From assembly GCF_001457615.1 (NCBI RefSeq), contig NZ_LN831024.1:960001-992000 (forward strand): a stretch of DNA of 32,000 nt. Reading direction: 5' to 3'. Numbering within the stretch: the first letter of the stretch is position 1; every line of letters begins with the position of its first letter. Below, piece after piece: positions 16,927 to 26,126 of the stretch. Source of the stretch: Pseudomonas aeruginosa. Its GTDB lineage: Bacteria > Pseudomonadota > Gammaproteobacteria > Pseudomonadales > Pseudomonadaceae. The position numbers and the translations under genes were made by a program. Under the pieces are notes generated by a model. That model saw only the letters and a list, made by a program, of their open reading frames with translations. It was not told where the DNA came from and made no database searches.

Positions 16927-17454
16927 TTACTTCTGGAACGCGGCCACGGCCTTGGTGATCTCGGCGCGGGCGGCGTCGGCGTTGCCCCAGCCTTCGACCT
17001 TGACCCACTTGCCTTTCTCGAGATCCTTGTAGTTCTCGAAGAAGTGCTTGATCTGTTCCAGCAGCAGGGCCGGCAGGTCGGTGTATTCCTTCACGTCCTT
17101 GTACAGGACGCTCAGCTTGTCGTGCGGCACGGCGATCAGCTTGGCGTCGCCGCCTGCCTCGTCGGTCATGTGCAGGACGCCAACCGGGCGCGCGCGGATC
17201 ACCGAACCGGGAGCGACCGGATAGGGGGTCACCACCAGCACGTCCAGCGGGTCGCCGTCGTCGGCCAGAGTGTTCGGGATGAAGCCGTAGTTGGCCGGGT
17301 AGAACATCGGGGTGGCCATGAAACGGTCGACGAACAGGCAGTCGGTGTCCTTGTCGATCTCGTACTTGATCGGCGCATGGTTGGCCGGAATCTCGATAGC
17401 GACGTAGATGTCGTTCGGCAGGTCCTTGCCGGCCGGGATCTTGCTGTAGCTCAT
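16927..17454 (-). CDS. ppa: Inorganic pyrophosphatase, 175 aa
   Basis: [36 protein letters not shown]...DGDPLDVLV... is a family I PPase. The ORF-track extension to 17736 is rejected. Confidence 0.95.
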   Translation of the reverse strand: MSYSKIPAGKDLPNDIYVAIEIPANHAPIKYEIDKDTDCLFVDRFMATPMFYPANYGFIPNTLADDGDPLDVLVVTPYPVAPGSVIRARPVGVLHMTDEAGGDAKLIAVPHDKLSVLYKDVKEYTDLPALLLEQIKHFFENYKDLEKGKWVKVEGWGNADAARAEITKAVAAFQK

Positions 17455-17493
17455 GGGTGACTCCAGAGGTTTCTGGCCAAAAAAGAGGCCGCG

Positions 17494-17499
17494 ATTATA
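17494..17499 (-). promoter_or_regulatory. Candidate sigma-70 -10 box for ppa
   Basis: The minus strand reads a perfect TATAAT 40 nt upstream of the ppa ATG. The -35 element is poor (TGGCAT at 17-nt spacing). Confidence 0.35.
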
Positions 17500-17533
17500 G
17501 GCATATTCGGTTGTCGATGCCATGTACCGGCAT

Positions 17534-18364
17534 TCAGCCGTTAGTCGTGTCGCCCGCCGCCTCGCGGTAGTCCGGATGCTCGGCCTGCAGGCGGCGCAGG
17601 CGTTGCAGCGGGTCCTGGCGGTAGAACAACTGGAGCTGCCGGTATACCGCCGGATAGGCCTCGTGGAGGAGATCCGGGGCGGTGAAGAAATACTCGCTGG
17701 TAACGGCGAAGAACTCCGCCGGATCTTCCGCCGCATAGGGGTCGATGGCGGTCTGCGCGTCGGGGTCGCGGTCGAGCAGGGCGTTCATCTCGTCGTAGGC
17801 GGCCTGCATGGCGCTCGCCCAGTCGCCGATGCGCATGCCGGCGTGCAGCGGCGGCAGGCCGTTGGCGTCGCCGTTGAGCATGTCCAGCTTGTGCGCCAGT
17901 TCGTGGATCACCAGGTTGTAGGCATCCCAGCCACCCCCGCCGACGACGCCGGGCCAGGCCAGGACCACCGGCCCTTGCAGGGACGTCTCGCCGCTGCGTT
18001 CGTCGTCGAACTCATGGACTACGCCGCTGGCGTCGCGGTGTTTCTGCGGGCTGACGAAATCATCGGGATACAGCACCAGCTCGTGGAAGCCCTGGTACCA
18101 GTTCAGCTCCGGCAGGTGCAACAGCGGCAGTTGCGCCTGCGCCGCCAGCAGCAGGCGGCCGAAGTCGTCGAGATCGACGCCGGCGAGTGCGGTCAGGTGC
18201 TTGTCGGCGAGAAACAGCACGGCCCGCTCGCGCAGGCGGCGGTCCTCGTCGGCGTCCAGGCCGTCGAGGATCGGCAGGTGCCGGCGTACCCGCTGCCAGA
18301 ACTCTTCGGCCACCGGGTGGCGTGCCAGCAGGCGCCGGCGCCGCCAGGCGCGGAACGACCACAT
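17534..18364 (-). CDS. mtfA: MtfA-like zinc metallopeptidase (peptidase M90 / DUF980), 276 aa
   Basis: HExxH zinc motif in [16 protein letters not shown]. Size and overall sequence resemble E. coli MtfA (YeeI) as I recall it. Confidence 0.75.
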   Translation of the reverse strand: MWSFRAWRRRRLLARHPVAEEFWQRVRRHLPILDGLDADEDRRLRERAVLFLADKHLTALAGVDLDDFGRLLLAAQAQLPLLHLPELNWYQGFHELVLYPDDFVSPQKHRDASGVVHEFDDERSGETSLQGPVVLAWPGVVGGGGWDAYNLVIHELAHKLDMLNGDANGLPPLHAGMRIGDWASAMQAAYDEMNALLDRDPDAQTAIDPYAAEDPAEFFAVTSEYFFTAPDLLHEAYPAVYRQLQLFYRQDPLQRLRRLQAEHPDYREAAGDTTNG

Positions 18365-18366
18365 GC

Positions 18367-19032
18367 TCAGTCGCTCTGGGCCTTGGCCTGTTTGGCGGCG
18401 CTCGCCTGCAGGCGATGGCGAATGAAGCCGAGGATCATCGGCAGCAGCGACAGCAGGATGATGCCGATCACCAGCAGCGACAGGTTCTTCTTGATGAACG
18501 GCACGTTGCCGAAGAAGTAGCCCAGGGTCACCAGGCCGCCGACCCAGGCCACGGTGCCGACCACGCTGAACATGACGAAGCGCGGGTAGTGCATCTTCGC
18601 CATGCCGGCGACGAAGGGCGCGAAGGTCCGCACGATGGGCAGGAAGCGCGCCAGGGTCACGGTCTTGCCGCCGTGGCGTTCGTAGAACTCATGGGTGCGG
18701 TCGAGGTAGTCGCGGCGGAATACCTTCGAGTCGGGGTTGCTGAACAGCCGCTTGCCGAGGGTCCGGCCGATCACGTAGTTGGTGCTGTCGCCGGTGATCG
18801 CCGCGACCATCAGCAGCCCGCCGAGCAGCCATGGGTCCATGCCGCCGGTGGCGCAGATGGCGCCGGCGATGAACAGCAGCGAGTCGCCGGGGAGGAACGG
18901 AGTCACCACCAGGCCGGTTTCACAGAAGATCACCAGGAACAGGATGGCGTAGATCCAGACGCCATAGTTGCTGACCAGCATGGCCAGGTAGGTATCCAGG
19001 TGGAGAATCAGATCGATTGGGTTGAAGTCCAT
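18367..19032 (-). CDS. DedA-family inner membrane protein, 221 aa
   Basis: [27 protein letters not shown] is a DedA signature. Multiple TM helices. The stop lies 2 nt from the mtfA-like start. Confidence 0.85.
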   Translation of the reverse strand: MDFNPIDLILHLDTYLAMLVSNYGVWIYAILFLVIFCETGLVVTPFLPGDSLLFIAGAICATGGMDPWLLGGLLMVAAITGDSTNYVIGRTLGKRLFSNPDSKVFRRDYLDRTHEFYERHGGKTVTLARFLPIVRTFAPFVAGMAKMHYPRFVMFSVVGTVAWVGGLVTLGYFFGNVPFIKKNLSLLVIGIILLSLLPMILGFIRHRLQASAAKQAKAQSD

Positions 19033-19225
19033 TGAGCAACCTGCGGAGACAACGCGTTGAGCGGCAGAGGGCCGCCATTATAGGGGGGCGTCCGGATGGG
19101 TGGGGGGCTGTTTGTCGCGATCCCGGCAAAACCACTGATTGCAGGATGTTTCGGTAATTTTTCCGAAATTGGTCGGCATAAAGTCTGCAAGAACAGGAGA
19201 AATTTCTAGCAGGGAAGGGCGTGCG

Positions 19226-20809
19226 ATGACACTCCAGCCTTTTGCCCAGCCACCGCTCAGTCTCGCCCTGGGCGCCGGGCGCGACCTCCCGGGGCAGGCC
19301 GCGCGGGTTCGCGCCGAATGGCTCGCGCCTCGCCCCGGACGGGCTCCGGCGTTTCTCCTGGCGCTGCTCTGGGGACGCGGTTGCGCCAACGTGGTGCAGG
19401 CCATCGAAGGCCATCTCGACGCCCTGTTCGCCGACTACGCCTGTACCCCCGAGGGTTGGCCGGAAGCGCAGGCGGCGCGGCAGGTCCTGGCTTCGCTGAA
19501 CATGCAGCTCTATCGCCGGCGCCGCGAAGGCGAGCCGGGCGTGCTCGAGCTGGCGGCGGGGTTGCTGCTGGTCCATGCCGGAGGCGTGCACTTTCTCCAG
19601 TGCGGCGCCGTCGGCCTGCTGCGTTATCGCCAGGGCAGCCTGCAGCGCCTGGGAGGGAGCGGCCAGCCGCTGGGTAGCAGCGCGGAGCTGGCGCTGGTCC
19701 AGCACAACCTGACCCAGGTGGCCGGCGAGCCCTTGTTGCTGGCGCCCCAGCCGCTGCTCGAAGTGGCCGACCTGCGCGCCCTCGGAGAGCGTTGTGCGGG
19801 GCTGGCCACGGGGCGCCTGGAGGGCGTGCTGCAGCCGTTGCTGCATGCGCCGGGGGCGGTGGCGCTGGTCTTGCCGGGGGCGCTCGAGCGCGCCCCGGCG
19901 GCGCCACGGCATACCGGCTGGCCAGCGCTGGGCGCGGCGTGCCCCGGCGACTGCGTGGATGGCTGGACCTTGCAGGCAGCTTGCGCGTTCGGCCCGCCCG
20001 GGCGGCTATTCCGCGCCTGCGACGAGCAAGGACGCGAGGCGTTGCTGCTGCTCGCGGCGGTCGATGCCGACGAAGCGTTCTGGCAGCGCGAATGGGCATT
20101 GCGGCGCTGCCGTGCGGAGAGCCTGCCGCGAGTATTGTCGTCGCCCCGGTTGCGTCGTCATGCCTTCCAGTTGTTCGCTCCGCCGCGCTGGCCGATGCGC
20201 AGCCTGCTGGATTGGGCGCCAGCGCACCTGCCGCTGGAACCGCAATGCGCGCTGGTCCTCCTGGAGCAACTTATCGATGCGGTTCGCGCCTTGCAGCGGC
20301 GCGGCGTACAGGGCTTGTGGCTGGCGCCGCGGCAGATCCTGCTGGACGAGGGCGGGCGCCTGCTGTTCCTCCCCGAGGCGGCGGCGATCCTGCCGGGGGT
20401 GGCGCGCCAGGCGCTGCCTGCGGACAGCGTGCCGCTGGCGCCGGAGTTGCGTCGCGGCGAGGCGCTCGATGGCCGGGCCGACCAGTTCGCCCTGGCGGCG
20501 CTGTTCTATTGGCTGCTCTGTGGTCGCTGGCCGTCGATCGCCTGCCCGGAGAGCGACGGCGGATGCCGCTACGAGCCCCTGGGCGAGCGTCAGGCGGATC
20601 TGCCGGTCGGCTGGGATGGGGTATTGGCGCGGGCACTGGCGCCGCGTCCGGAGGCGCGCTTCGAAGCGTTGTCGGAATTCTGGCTGGCCTTGCAGAAGCC
20701 GCTAGCGCATCCCCAGCGGGTCTTTGCGCCACGCCGGTTGCAACGGGGCGTGCTGGCCCTGGTCCTGCTCCTGGCCGGGGCTGCGCTGCTGGTCGGCCTG
20801 GCCGGTTAA
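19226..20809 (+). CDS. C-terminally membrane-anchored protein with an N-terminal PP2C-like and a C-terminal Hanks-kinase-like domain, both apparently catalytically degenerate; 527 aa
   Basis: The kinase-like region GVQGLWLAPRQILLDEGG aligns by eye to GxxHRDLKPxNILLdxxG. PLAPELRRGEALDGRADQFALAALFYWLLCGRWP aligns to the APE/subdomain IX region. The PP2C-like region QCGAVGLLRYRQGSLQRL aligns to NvGDSRxyLxRxGxLxQL. C-terminal TM GVLALVLLLAGAALLVGLAG. ATG 19226 is the first Met after an AT-rich promoter region; the RBS is weak. Confidence 0.7.
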   Translation: MTLQPFAQPPLSLALGAGRDLPGQAARVRAEWLAPRPGRAPAFLLALLWGRGCANVVQAIEGHLDALFADYACTPEGWPEAQAARQVLASLNMQLYRRRREGEPGVLELAAGLLLVHAGGVHFLQCGAVGLLRYRQGSLQRLGGSGQPLGSSAELALVQHNLTQVAGEPLLLAPQPLLEVADLRALGERCAGLATGRLEGVLQPLLHAPGAVALVLPGALERAPAAPRHTGWPALGAACPGDCVDGWTLQAACAFGPPGRLFRACDEQGREALLLLAAVDADEAFWQREWALRRCRAESLPRVLSSPRLRRHAFQLFAPPRWPMRSLLDWAPAHLPLEPQCALVLLEQLIDAVRALQRRGVQGLWLAPRQILLDEGGRLLFLPEAAAILPGVARQALPADSVPLAPELRRGEALDGRADQFALAALFYWLLCGRWPSIACPESDGGCRYEPLGERQADLPVGWDGVLARALAPRPEARFEALSEFWLALQKPLAHPQRVFAPRRLQRGVLALVLLLAGAALLVGLAG

Positions 20810-21595
20810 CGGATCGACGGCCAGCGTGCGGGTCTGCCCGCTGCGTTCGAGGTGCGCTTCGGCGATCAGTTGTTCCAGCCGGCCGCTGCGACGCATCAGG
20901 CGCAGGTTGCGGTCGAGGCTGGCGGCAAGGGCGGCGCCGCGGGCGTGTCTTTTCGGCACCAGTACATAGAGCGGCTTGACCTCCAGCGGCGGTTCGATGA
21001 ACACCAGGCGATCCTTCAGCGCCGGCACGTTGCGCGCCAGTAGGTGGTAGCCGGTGTAGCGATCGACCACGGCCAGGTCGATACGCCCGCGCAGGAGCTT
21101 CTCGAGGTTCTGCCAGTCGTTGGTCACCGCGTCCTTGGTCAGGCTGCGGTCGGCGTCGAAATCCTCCCGGTTGACGTAGCCGCGGACCACGCCGATGCGG
21201 TACGGACGCAGGCTTTCCAGATGCGCGGGATTGACCGGCAGCAGGCGCTCGCGCTGGCGGAAGAAGCCCAGTTGCGAGTCGAGCAGGGGGATGGTGGCGT
21301 GGAACAGTTCGCGCCGCTCGGGCGACAGGTAGGCCGGCATGAGGGCGTCGAAGCGCCCCTCGGCGGCTTCCTTCAGGGCACGTTGCCAGGGCAGGAACAC
21401 CAGTTCGGCGCGGTGCCCGTCGAGGGCCAGGGCTTCGTCTAGGATGCGGCTGGCGAGGCCTTTGCCCGGCAGGTCGGGGCCGACGTAGGGCGCCCAGTCG
21501 AGGGTCGCCACGCGCAGGGTGTCGGCCTGCGCGCCGGCCGTGGCGAGGAGCAGGCCGAGCAGGACGCCGGGCCAGTGCCAGGTGCGCGAACCCAT
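20702..21595 (-). CDS. Periplasmic substrate-binding protein, family 3 (amino-acid/PBPb type), 297 aa including a low-complexity C-terminal tail
   Basis: Signal peptide WPGVLLGLLLATAGAQA. The domain body TLRVATLDWAPYVG...FDALMPAYLSPERRELF...YRIGVVRGY...IDLAVVDRYTGYHLL ends near aa 250. The last ~47 aa (Q/G/P-rich) are encoded antisense to the 3' end of the neighbouring gene. Confidence 0.75.
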   Translation of the reverse strand: MGSRTWHWPGVLLGLLLATAGAQADTLRVATLDWAPYVGPDLPGKGLASRILDEALALDGHRAELVFLPWQRALKEAAEGRFDALMPAYLSPERRELFHATIPLLDSQLGFFRQRERLLPVNPAHLESLRPYRIGVVRGYVNREDFDADRSLTKDAVTNDWQNLEKLLRGRIDLAVVDRYTGYHLLARNVPALKDRLVFIEPPLEVKPLYVLVPKRHARGAALAASLDRNLRLMRRSGRLEQLIAEAHLERSGQTRTLAVDPLTGQADQQRSPGQEQDQGQHAPLQPAWRKDPLGMR

Positions 21596-21644
21596 GGATG
21601 CCTCTGCTCTGAGCGATCGGTTGGGAGGTGCCGTGCCTTTGTCT

Positions 21645-22106
21645 TCAGCTTAGTTCGTCGCTGATCGGCAGGGTGTAGTTCTTGAACTCCTGGTCTTCGC
21701 GGAAGCCGATCGACTCGTAGACTTTCTGCGCTACCTCGTTGTCGACGCTGGTGGAGACACGCATGCGCACCGCATGGGTTTCCCGTGCCATCTGCTTGGC
21801 GTGTTGCAGCAGGTGGTCGGCGACCAGTTGCCGGCGTGCCTCCTCGGCGACGTAGATGTCGTTGAGGATCCAGACGCGCTTGAGCGACAGCGAGGAGAAG
21901 CTCGGATAGAGCTGGCAGAAACCGAGCAGCCGGTCTTCTTCGTCGGCCAGCGCCAGGTAGATCACCGATTCCTTGCGGCGCAGGCGTTTCTCGAGGAATT
22001 TCCGCGAGGACTCGGGGTAGGAGAGCATGCCGTAGAATTCGCGGTACTTGACGAACAGCGGCGCCAGCAGGTCGAGGTGTTCGAGGGTGGCTTGCACGAT
22101 TCGCAT
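21645..22106 (-). CDS. GNAT-family N-acetyltransferase, 153 aa
   Basis: MRIVQATLEHLDLLAPLFVKYREFY...LGFCQLYPSFSSLSLKRVWILNDIYVAEEARRQLVADHLLQHAKQMA...VYESIGF has typical GNAT core topology. ATG 22106 chosen; the track ORF extends to 22205. Confidence 0.75.
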   Translation of the reverse strand: MRIVQATLEHLDLLAPLFVKYREFYGMLSYPESSRKFLEKRLRRKESVIYLALADEEDRLLGFCQLYPSFSSLSLKRVWILNDIYVAEEARRQLVADHLLQHAKQMARETHAVRMRVSTSVDNEVAQKVYESIGFREDQEFKNYTLPISDELS

Positions 22107-22144
22107 GACGGGCCTCGCATTGCGGGAAGGGGCTGCCGGGACGA

Positions 22145-22160
22145 TGCAGGCTGCATGCCA
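22145..22160 (-). promoter_or_regulatory. Sigma-54-like -24/-12 element upstream of the GNAT gene, overlapping a 13-bp palindrome
   Basis: The minus strand reads TGGCAT-GCAGC-CTGCA, versus the consensus TGGCAC-N5-TTGCW. The GC of the -12 element lies 40 nt from ATG 22106. The plus strand ATGCAG-G-CTGCAT (22144-22156) is a perfect palindrome. Confidence 0.35.
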
Positions 22161-22220
22161 GCAACGCTTCGATGCTGCCCAATCTCCCTGGAAAGCGCAA
22201 TCCAAGCGAACGTTTGAATC

Positions 22221-22261
22221 GGCCGAAGGAGGGGCGACGCGCGCCGGCCCATCCTTCGGCC
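22221..22261. terminator. Long-loop hairpin just downstream of eutC; possible eut operon terminator or processing site
   Basis: GGCCGAAGGA (22221-22230) and TCCTTCGGCC (22252-22261) form perfect 10-bp arms with a 21-nt GC-rich spacer, 8 nt after the eutC stop. No U-tract. Confidence 0.35.
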
Positions 22262-22268
22262 GGGAGGC

Positions 22269-23090
22269 TCAGTCCCTCGCCAGGAGGAAGTTGCCGGTGC
22301 GCGGAGCCTCGCCGTCCAGCGCCTGGACCTCCGCCTCGTCCTTCAGGTTGACCCCGGAAAGCTGCCGCCGGCAGGCCTCGCGCATCAGGTAGAGCAGGCG
22401 GTGCGCGGCCATGCCGTAGCTGAGGCCTTCCAGGCGGACGTTGGAGATGCAGTTGCGATAGGCGTCGGTGAGGCCGACCCGCGGGGCCCAGGTGAAGTAC
22501 AGGCCGAGGCTGTCCGGCGAGCTGAGGCCGGGACGCTCGCCGATCAGGATCACGCTCATCTTCGCCCGCAGCAATTCACCGATCTCGTCGGCCACCGCCA
22601 CCCGTCCCTGTTCCACCAGGACCACCGGCGACAGCGACCAGCCTTCGGCCAGCGCCTGTTCCTCCAGGCGTTCGAGGAAGGGCAGGGTGTGACGCTGCAC
22701 GGCCAGCGCGGAGAGGCCGTCGGCGACCACGATGGCCAGGTCGATCTGCCCGTCGTAGCCGGCGGCGTGTTCGCGCAGGCGTTGCACCGAGGCCTCGTCG
22801 AGGCGCCGGCCGAGGTCCGGGCGTTGCAGGTAGACGTGGCGGTCGGCGGCGGCGCTGTGCAGCAGCAGGCTGTCGCGGCCGCGCTGGCGCAGGCCGTCGC
22901 TGATGGCCGCATGGTCGAAGGGCAGGTGCACGGCGTCGCGCGCCTGGGCGTGGGCGTACTGGAAGTCCAGTTGCGGGCGGGTCGGCAGGCTGGTGCCGGT
23001 GCGGCCCAGGGCGATCCGCGCGGGGGTCAGCTGGCGCAGCGGCAGCCAGGGGTTCTCGGCGCTGGCGTCGGGCAGGTGCTTGTCGTTCAT
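22269..23090 (-). CDS. eutC: Ethanolamine ammonia-lyase small (light) subunit, 273 aa
   Basis: [37 protein letters not shown]... follows eutB directly. ATG 23090 has GAGGAG 6 nt upstream. ATG 23096 and the track start 23150 are less likely. Confidence 0.9.
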   Translation of the reverse strand: MNDKHLPDASAENPWLPLRQLTPARIALGRTGTSLPTRPQLDFQYAHAQARDAVHLPFDHAAISDGLRQRGRDSLLLHSAAADRHVYLQRPDLGRRLDEASVQRLREHAAGYDGQIDLAIVVADGLSALAVQRHTLPFLERLEEQALAEGWSLSPVVLVEQGRVAVADEIGELLRAKMSVILIGERPGLSSPDSLGLYFTWAPRVGLTDAYRNCISNVRLEGLSYGMAAHRLLYLMREACRRQLSGVNLKDEAEVQALDGEAPRTGNFLLARD

Positions 23091-23100
23091 CGGCATCTCC

Positions 23101-24495
23101 TCAGGCCAGTTGCGCCAGGGCCTGGCGGAACGCCGGCGGTAACTCGTCACCGAAGCGGATGCGCCCGTCGGCCTGGGTGAAGATTCCCATCCGCTGCAAC
23201 CAGTCCTCGAATTCCGGCGCCGGCTTCAGGCCCAGCGTCTGGCGCGCATAGAGGGCGTCGTGGAAGGAGGTGGTCTGGTAGTTGAGCATCACGTCGTCGG
23301 AGCCGGGAATGCCCATGATGAAGTTGATCCCGGCGACGCCCAGCAGGGTCAGGAGCATGTCCATGTCGTCCTGGTCGGCCTCGGCATGGTTGGTGTAGCA
23401 GATGTCGCAACCCATCGGCACGCCGAGCAGCTTGCCGCAGAAGTGGTCTTCCAGGCCGGCGCGGATGATCTGCTTGCCGTTGTACAGGTACTCGGGACCG
23501 ATGAAGCCGACCACGGTGTTCACCAGGAACGGCTTGAAGTGACGAGCCACCGCATAGGCGCGGGTCTCGCAGGTCTGCTGGTCGACGCCGTGGTGGGCGT
23601 TGGCCGAGAGCGCGCTGCCCTGGCCGGTCTCGAAGTACATCAGGTTGTTGCCTAGGGTGCCGCGCTTCTGGCTGAGCCCGGCCTCGTAGCCTTCCTGGAG
23701 GATCTTCAGGCTGATGCCGAAGCTGGCATTGGCCGCCTCGGTGCCGGCGATCGACTGGAACACCAGGTCCAGCGGCACGCCGCGGTTGATCGCCTCGATG
23801 GAGCTGGTGACGTGGGTCAGCACGCAGGCCTGGGTGGGAATCTCGTAGCGCTGGATGATCGCGTCGAGCATCTCCAGCAGGGCGCAGATCGAGGCCATGC
23901 TGTCGGTGGCAGGATTGATCCCGAGCATCGCGTCGCCATTGCCGAACAGCAGGCCGTCGAGGATGCTCGCGGCGATTCCGGCCGGGTCGTCGGTCGGGTG
24001 GTTCGGTTGCAGGCGGGTGGAGAGCCGGCCGCGAAGGCCGAGGGTGTTGCGGAAGCGGGTGACCACGCGGATCTTCTGCGCCACCAGGACCAGGTCCTGG
24101 ACACGCATGATCTTCGATACCGCCGCTGCCATTTCCGGCGTCAGGCCCGGAGCCAGGGCGCGCAGGCTGGCCTCGTCGGCGGCGTCGCCGAGCAGCCAGT
24201 CGCGGAAGCCGCCGACGGTGAGATGGGACACCGGGGCGAAGGCGTCGCGCTGGTGGGTGTCGATGATCAGGCGGGTGACCTCGTCGTCCTCGTAGGGAAT
24301 CAGCGCCTCGTCGAGGAAGTGTTTGAGCGGGATGTCGGCCAGGGCCATCTGCGCGGCGACCCGCTCGCCGTCGTTGCTCGCCGCGACGCCGGCGAGGAAA
24401 TCGCCGGAGCGCGCGGGGCTGGCCTTGGCCATCACGTCCTTGAGGCTGTCGAAGCGGTAGGTTTCGCCGCCGACGCTATGAGTGAAACGTGCCAT
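23101..24495 (-). CDS. eutB: Ethanolamine ammonia-lyase large (heavy) subunit, 464 aa
   Basis: [39 protein letters not shown]... is full-length EutB-like, paired with eutC. Confidence 0.95.
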   Translation of the reverse strand: MARFTHSVGGETYRFDSLKDVMAKASPARSGDFLAGVAASNDGERVAAQMALADIPLKHFLDEALIPYEDDEVTRLIIDTHQRDAFAPVSHLTVGGFRDWLLGDAADEASLRALAPGLTPEMAAAVSKIMRVQDLVLVAQKIRVVTRFRNTLGLRGRLSTRLQPNHPTDDPAGIAASILDGLLFGNGDAMLGINPATDSMASICALLEMLDAIIQRYEIPTQACVLTHVTSSIEAINRGVPLDLVFQSIAGTEAANASFGISLKILQEGYEAGLSQKRGTLGNNLMYFETGQGSALSANAHHGVDQQTCETRAYAVARHFKPFLVNTVVGFIGPEYLYNGKQIIRAGLEDHFCGKLLGVPMGCDICYTNHAEADQDDMDMLLTLLGVAGINFIMGIPGSDDVMLNYQTTSFHDALYARQTLGLKPAPEFEDWLQRMGIFTQADGRIRFGDELPPAFRQALAQLA

Positions 24496-24508
24496 GTGTG
24501 TCTCCAGT

Positions 24509-24536
24509 GCCCGGCCTCGCCAGCGGCGGGCCGGGC
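24509..24536. other. Intercistronic hairpin between eat and eutB
   Basis: GCCCGGCC-N12-GGCCGGGC, perfect 8-bp arms, within the 57-nt eat-eutB spacer. Confidence 0.4.
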
Positions 24537-24552
24537 TTTGTCGTTGTCGCTC

Positions 24553-26001
24553 TCAGCGCAGGTCCTGTTCCGCCGCCTGGATCGCGGCGAACTCTTCTTC
24601 CGGGGTGCCGGACACCAGGTGATGCCGACTGTACAGGGCGAAGTAGCCGATCAGTACAGCGTAGATCGCCACCGCGCCGACCACGACCCGCGGGTCGACC
24701 AGGAAGCCGGCGACCACCGCGACGCAGGCCAGCGCCAGGGCTACGCCGGAGGTGAGGATGCCGCCAGGGGTGCGGTAGGGGCGCTGCATGTCCGGGCGGC
24801 GGATGCGCAGGGTGATGTGCGCGGCCATCATCAGCACGTAGGAGATGGTCGCGCCGAACACCGCGACCAGGATCAGCAGGTCGCCCTGGCCGGTCAGCGA
24901 CAGGCCGAAGCCGATCACCCCCGGCACCACCAGGGCCAGTACCGGCGCCTTCTTGCGGTTGGTCAGCGAGAGGCTGCGCGGCAGGTAGCCGGCGCGGGAG
25001 AGGGCGAAGATCTGCCGCGAGTAGGCATAGATGATCGAGAAGAAGCTGGCGATCAGCCCGGCCAGGCCGACCAGGTTGACGAACTGGCTCATCCAGGTCG
25101 AACCCTTGTAGGCCGACTCCAGCGCTTCCACCAGGGGATTGCCCGAACCCATCAGCTCCTTGGCTCCGGCGGCCCCGGGACCGACGACCAGAATCAGTGC
25201 GGCGAAGGCGAGAAGCACCAACATGGCGCCGATCAGTCCGCGCGGCAGGTCGCGCTTGGGGTTCTTGGTTTCCTCGGCGGCCAGCGGCACGCCTTCGACG
25301 GCGAGGAAGAACCAGATCGCGTAGGGGATCGCCGCCCAGACCCCGACATAGCCGAACGGCAGGAAGCTGCTGGCGCCGGTCGCCGCGGTCTGCGGGATGT
25401 TGAACAGGTTGGCCGAGTCGAAGTGCGGAACCATCGCGACAATGAACACGCCGAGGGCGATGGCCGCCACCGCGGTGATGATGAACATCAGCTTCAGCGC
25501 CTCGCCGGCGCCGAGGATGTGGATGCCGATGAATACGATGTAGAACACCAGGTAGATCAGCCAGCCGCCGACGCCGAACAGCGACTCGCAGTAGGCGCCG
25601 ATGAAGCAGGCGATGGCCGCCGGGGCGATGGCGTATTCGATGAGGATCGCGGTGCCGGTGAGGAAGCCGCCCCAGGGCCCGAAGGCGCTGCGGGCGAAGC
25701 CGTAGCCGCCGCCGGCGGTAGGGATCATCGAAGACAGCTCGGCGAGCGAGAAGCACATGCACAGGTACATGGTGGCCATCAGCAGGGTGGCGAGGAACAT
25801 CCCGCCCCAGCCGCCCTGGGCCAGGCCGAAGTTCCAGCCGGCGTAGTCGCCGGAGATCACGTAGGCGACGCCGAGCCCGACCAGCAGGACCCAGCCGGCG
25901 GCGCCTTTCTTCAGTTGACGGTGTTGGAAGTAGTCGGCGTCGACGCTTTCGAAGTCGACCCCGGAAGTTGCGGGCGCATGGCCGGTTTGTTCGAGGGACA
26001 T
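24553..26001 (-). CDS. eat: Ethanolamine permease (APC superfamily), 482 aa
   Basis: About 12 TM helices. APC-type N-terminus ...LKKGAAGWVLLVGLGVAYVISGDYAGWNFGL. Located between the aldehyde dehydrogenase gene and eutBC. Confidence 0.88.
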   Translation of the reverse strand: MSLEQTGHAPATSGVDFESVDADYFQHRQLKKGAAGWVLLVGLGVAYVISGDYAGWNFGLAQGGWGGMFLATLLMATMYLCMCFSLAELSSMIPTAGGGYGFARSAFGPWGGFLTGTAILIEYAIAPAAIACFIGAYCESLFGVGGWLIYLVFYIVFIGIHILGAGEALKLMFIITAVAAIALGVFIVAMVPHFDSANLFNIPQTAATGASSFLPFGYVGVWAAIPYAIWFFLAVEGVPLAAEETKNPKRDLPRGLIGAMLVLLAFAALILVVGPGAAGAKELMGSGNPLVEALESAYKGSTWMSQFVNLVGLAGLIASFFSIIYAYSRQIFALSRAGYLPRSLSLTNRKKAPVLALVVPGVIGFGLSLTGQGDLLILVAVFGATISYVLMMAAHITLRIRRPDMQRPYRTPGGILTSGVALALACVAVVAGFLVDPRVVVGAVAIYAVLIGYFALYSRHHLVSGTPEEEFAAIQAAEQDLR

Positions 26002-26073
26002 GGGTTTTTCACCTCAATCTTGTTGTTATCGACCCCGGTTTTCCCGGTGGTGTGCTGTACGTGGTGAACGCAG

Positions 26074-26088
26074 GCAATAGCTATGCCA
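26074..26088 (-). promoter_or_regulatory. Strong sigma-54 -24/-12 match upstream of eat (candidate internal promoter)
   Basis: The minus strand reads TGGCAT-AGCTA-TTGC, versus the consensus TGGCAC-N5-TTGCW. The -12 GC lies about 73 nt upstream of the eat ATG (26001). Confidence 0.5.
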
Positions 26089-26126
26089 GCCGCTCTGCAA
26101 TCGGCCTGGCGAGGAGGTGGAAGGGG

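Noticed and set aside
19198-19207. Perfect 10-bp palindrome AGAAATTTCT upstream of the kinase-like gene
   Set aside because: Short and AT-rich within a promoter region, so the chance occurrence is high. It may be an operator, but I cannot support that from sequence alone.
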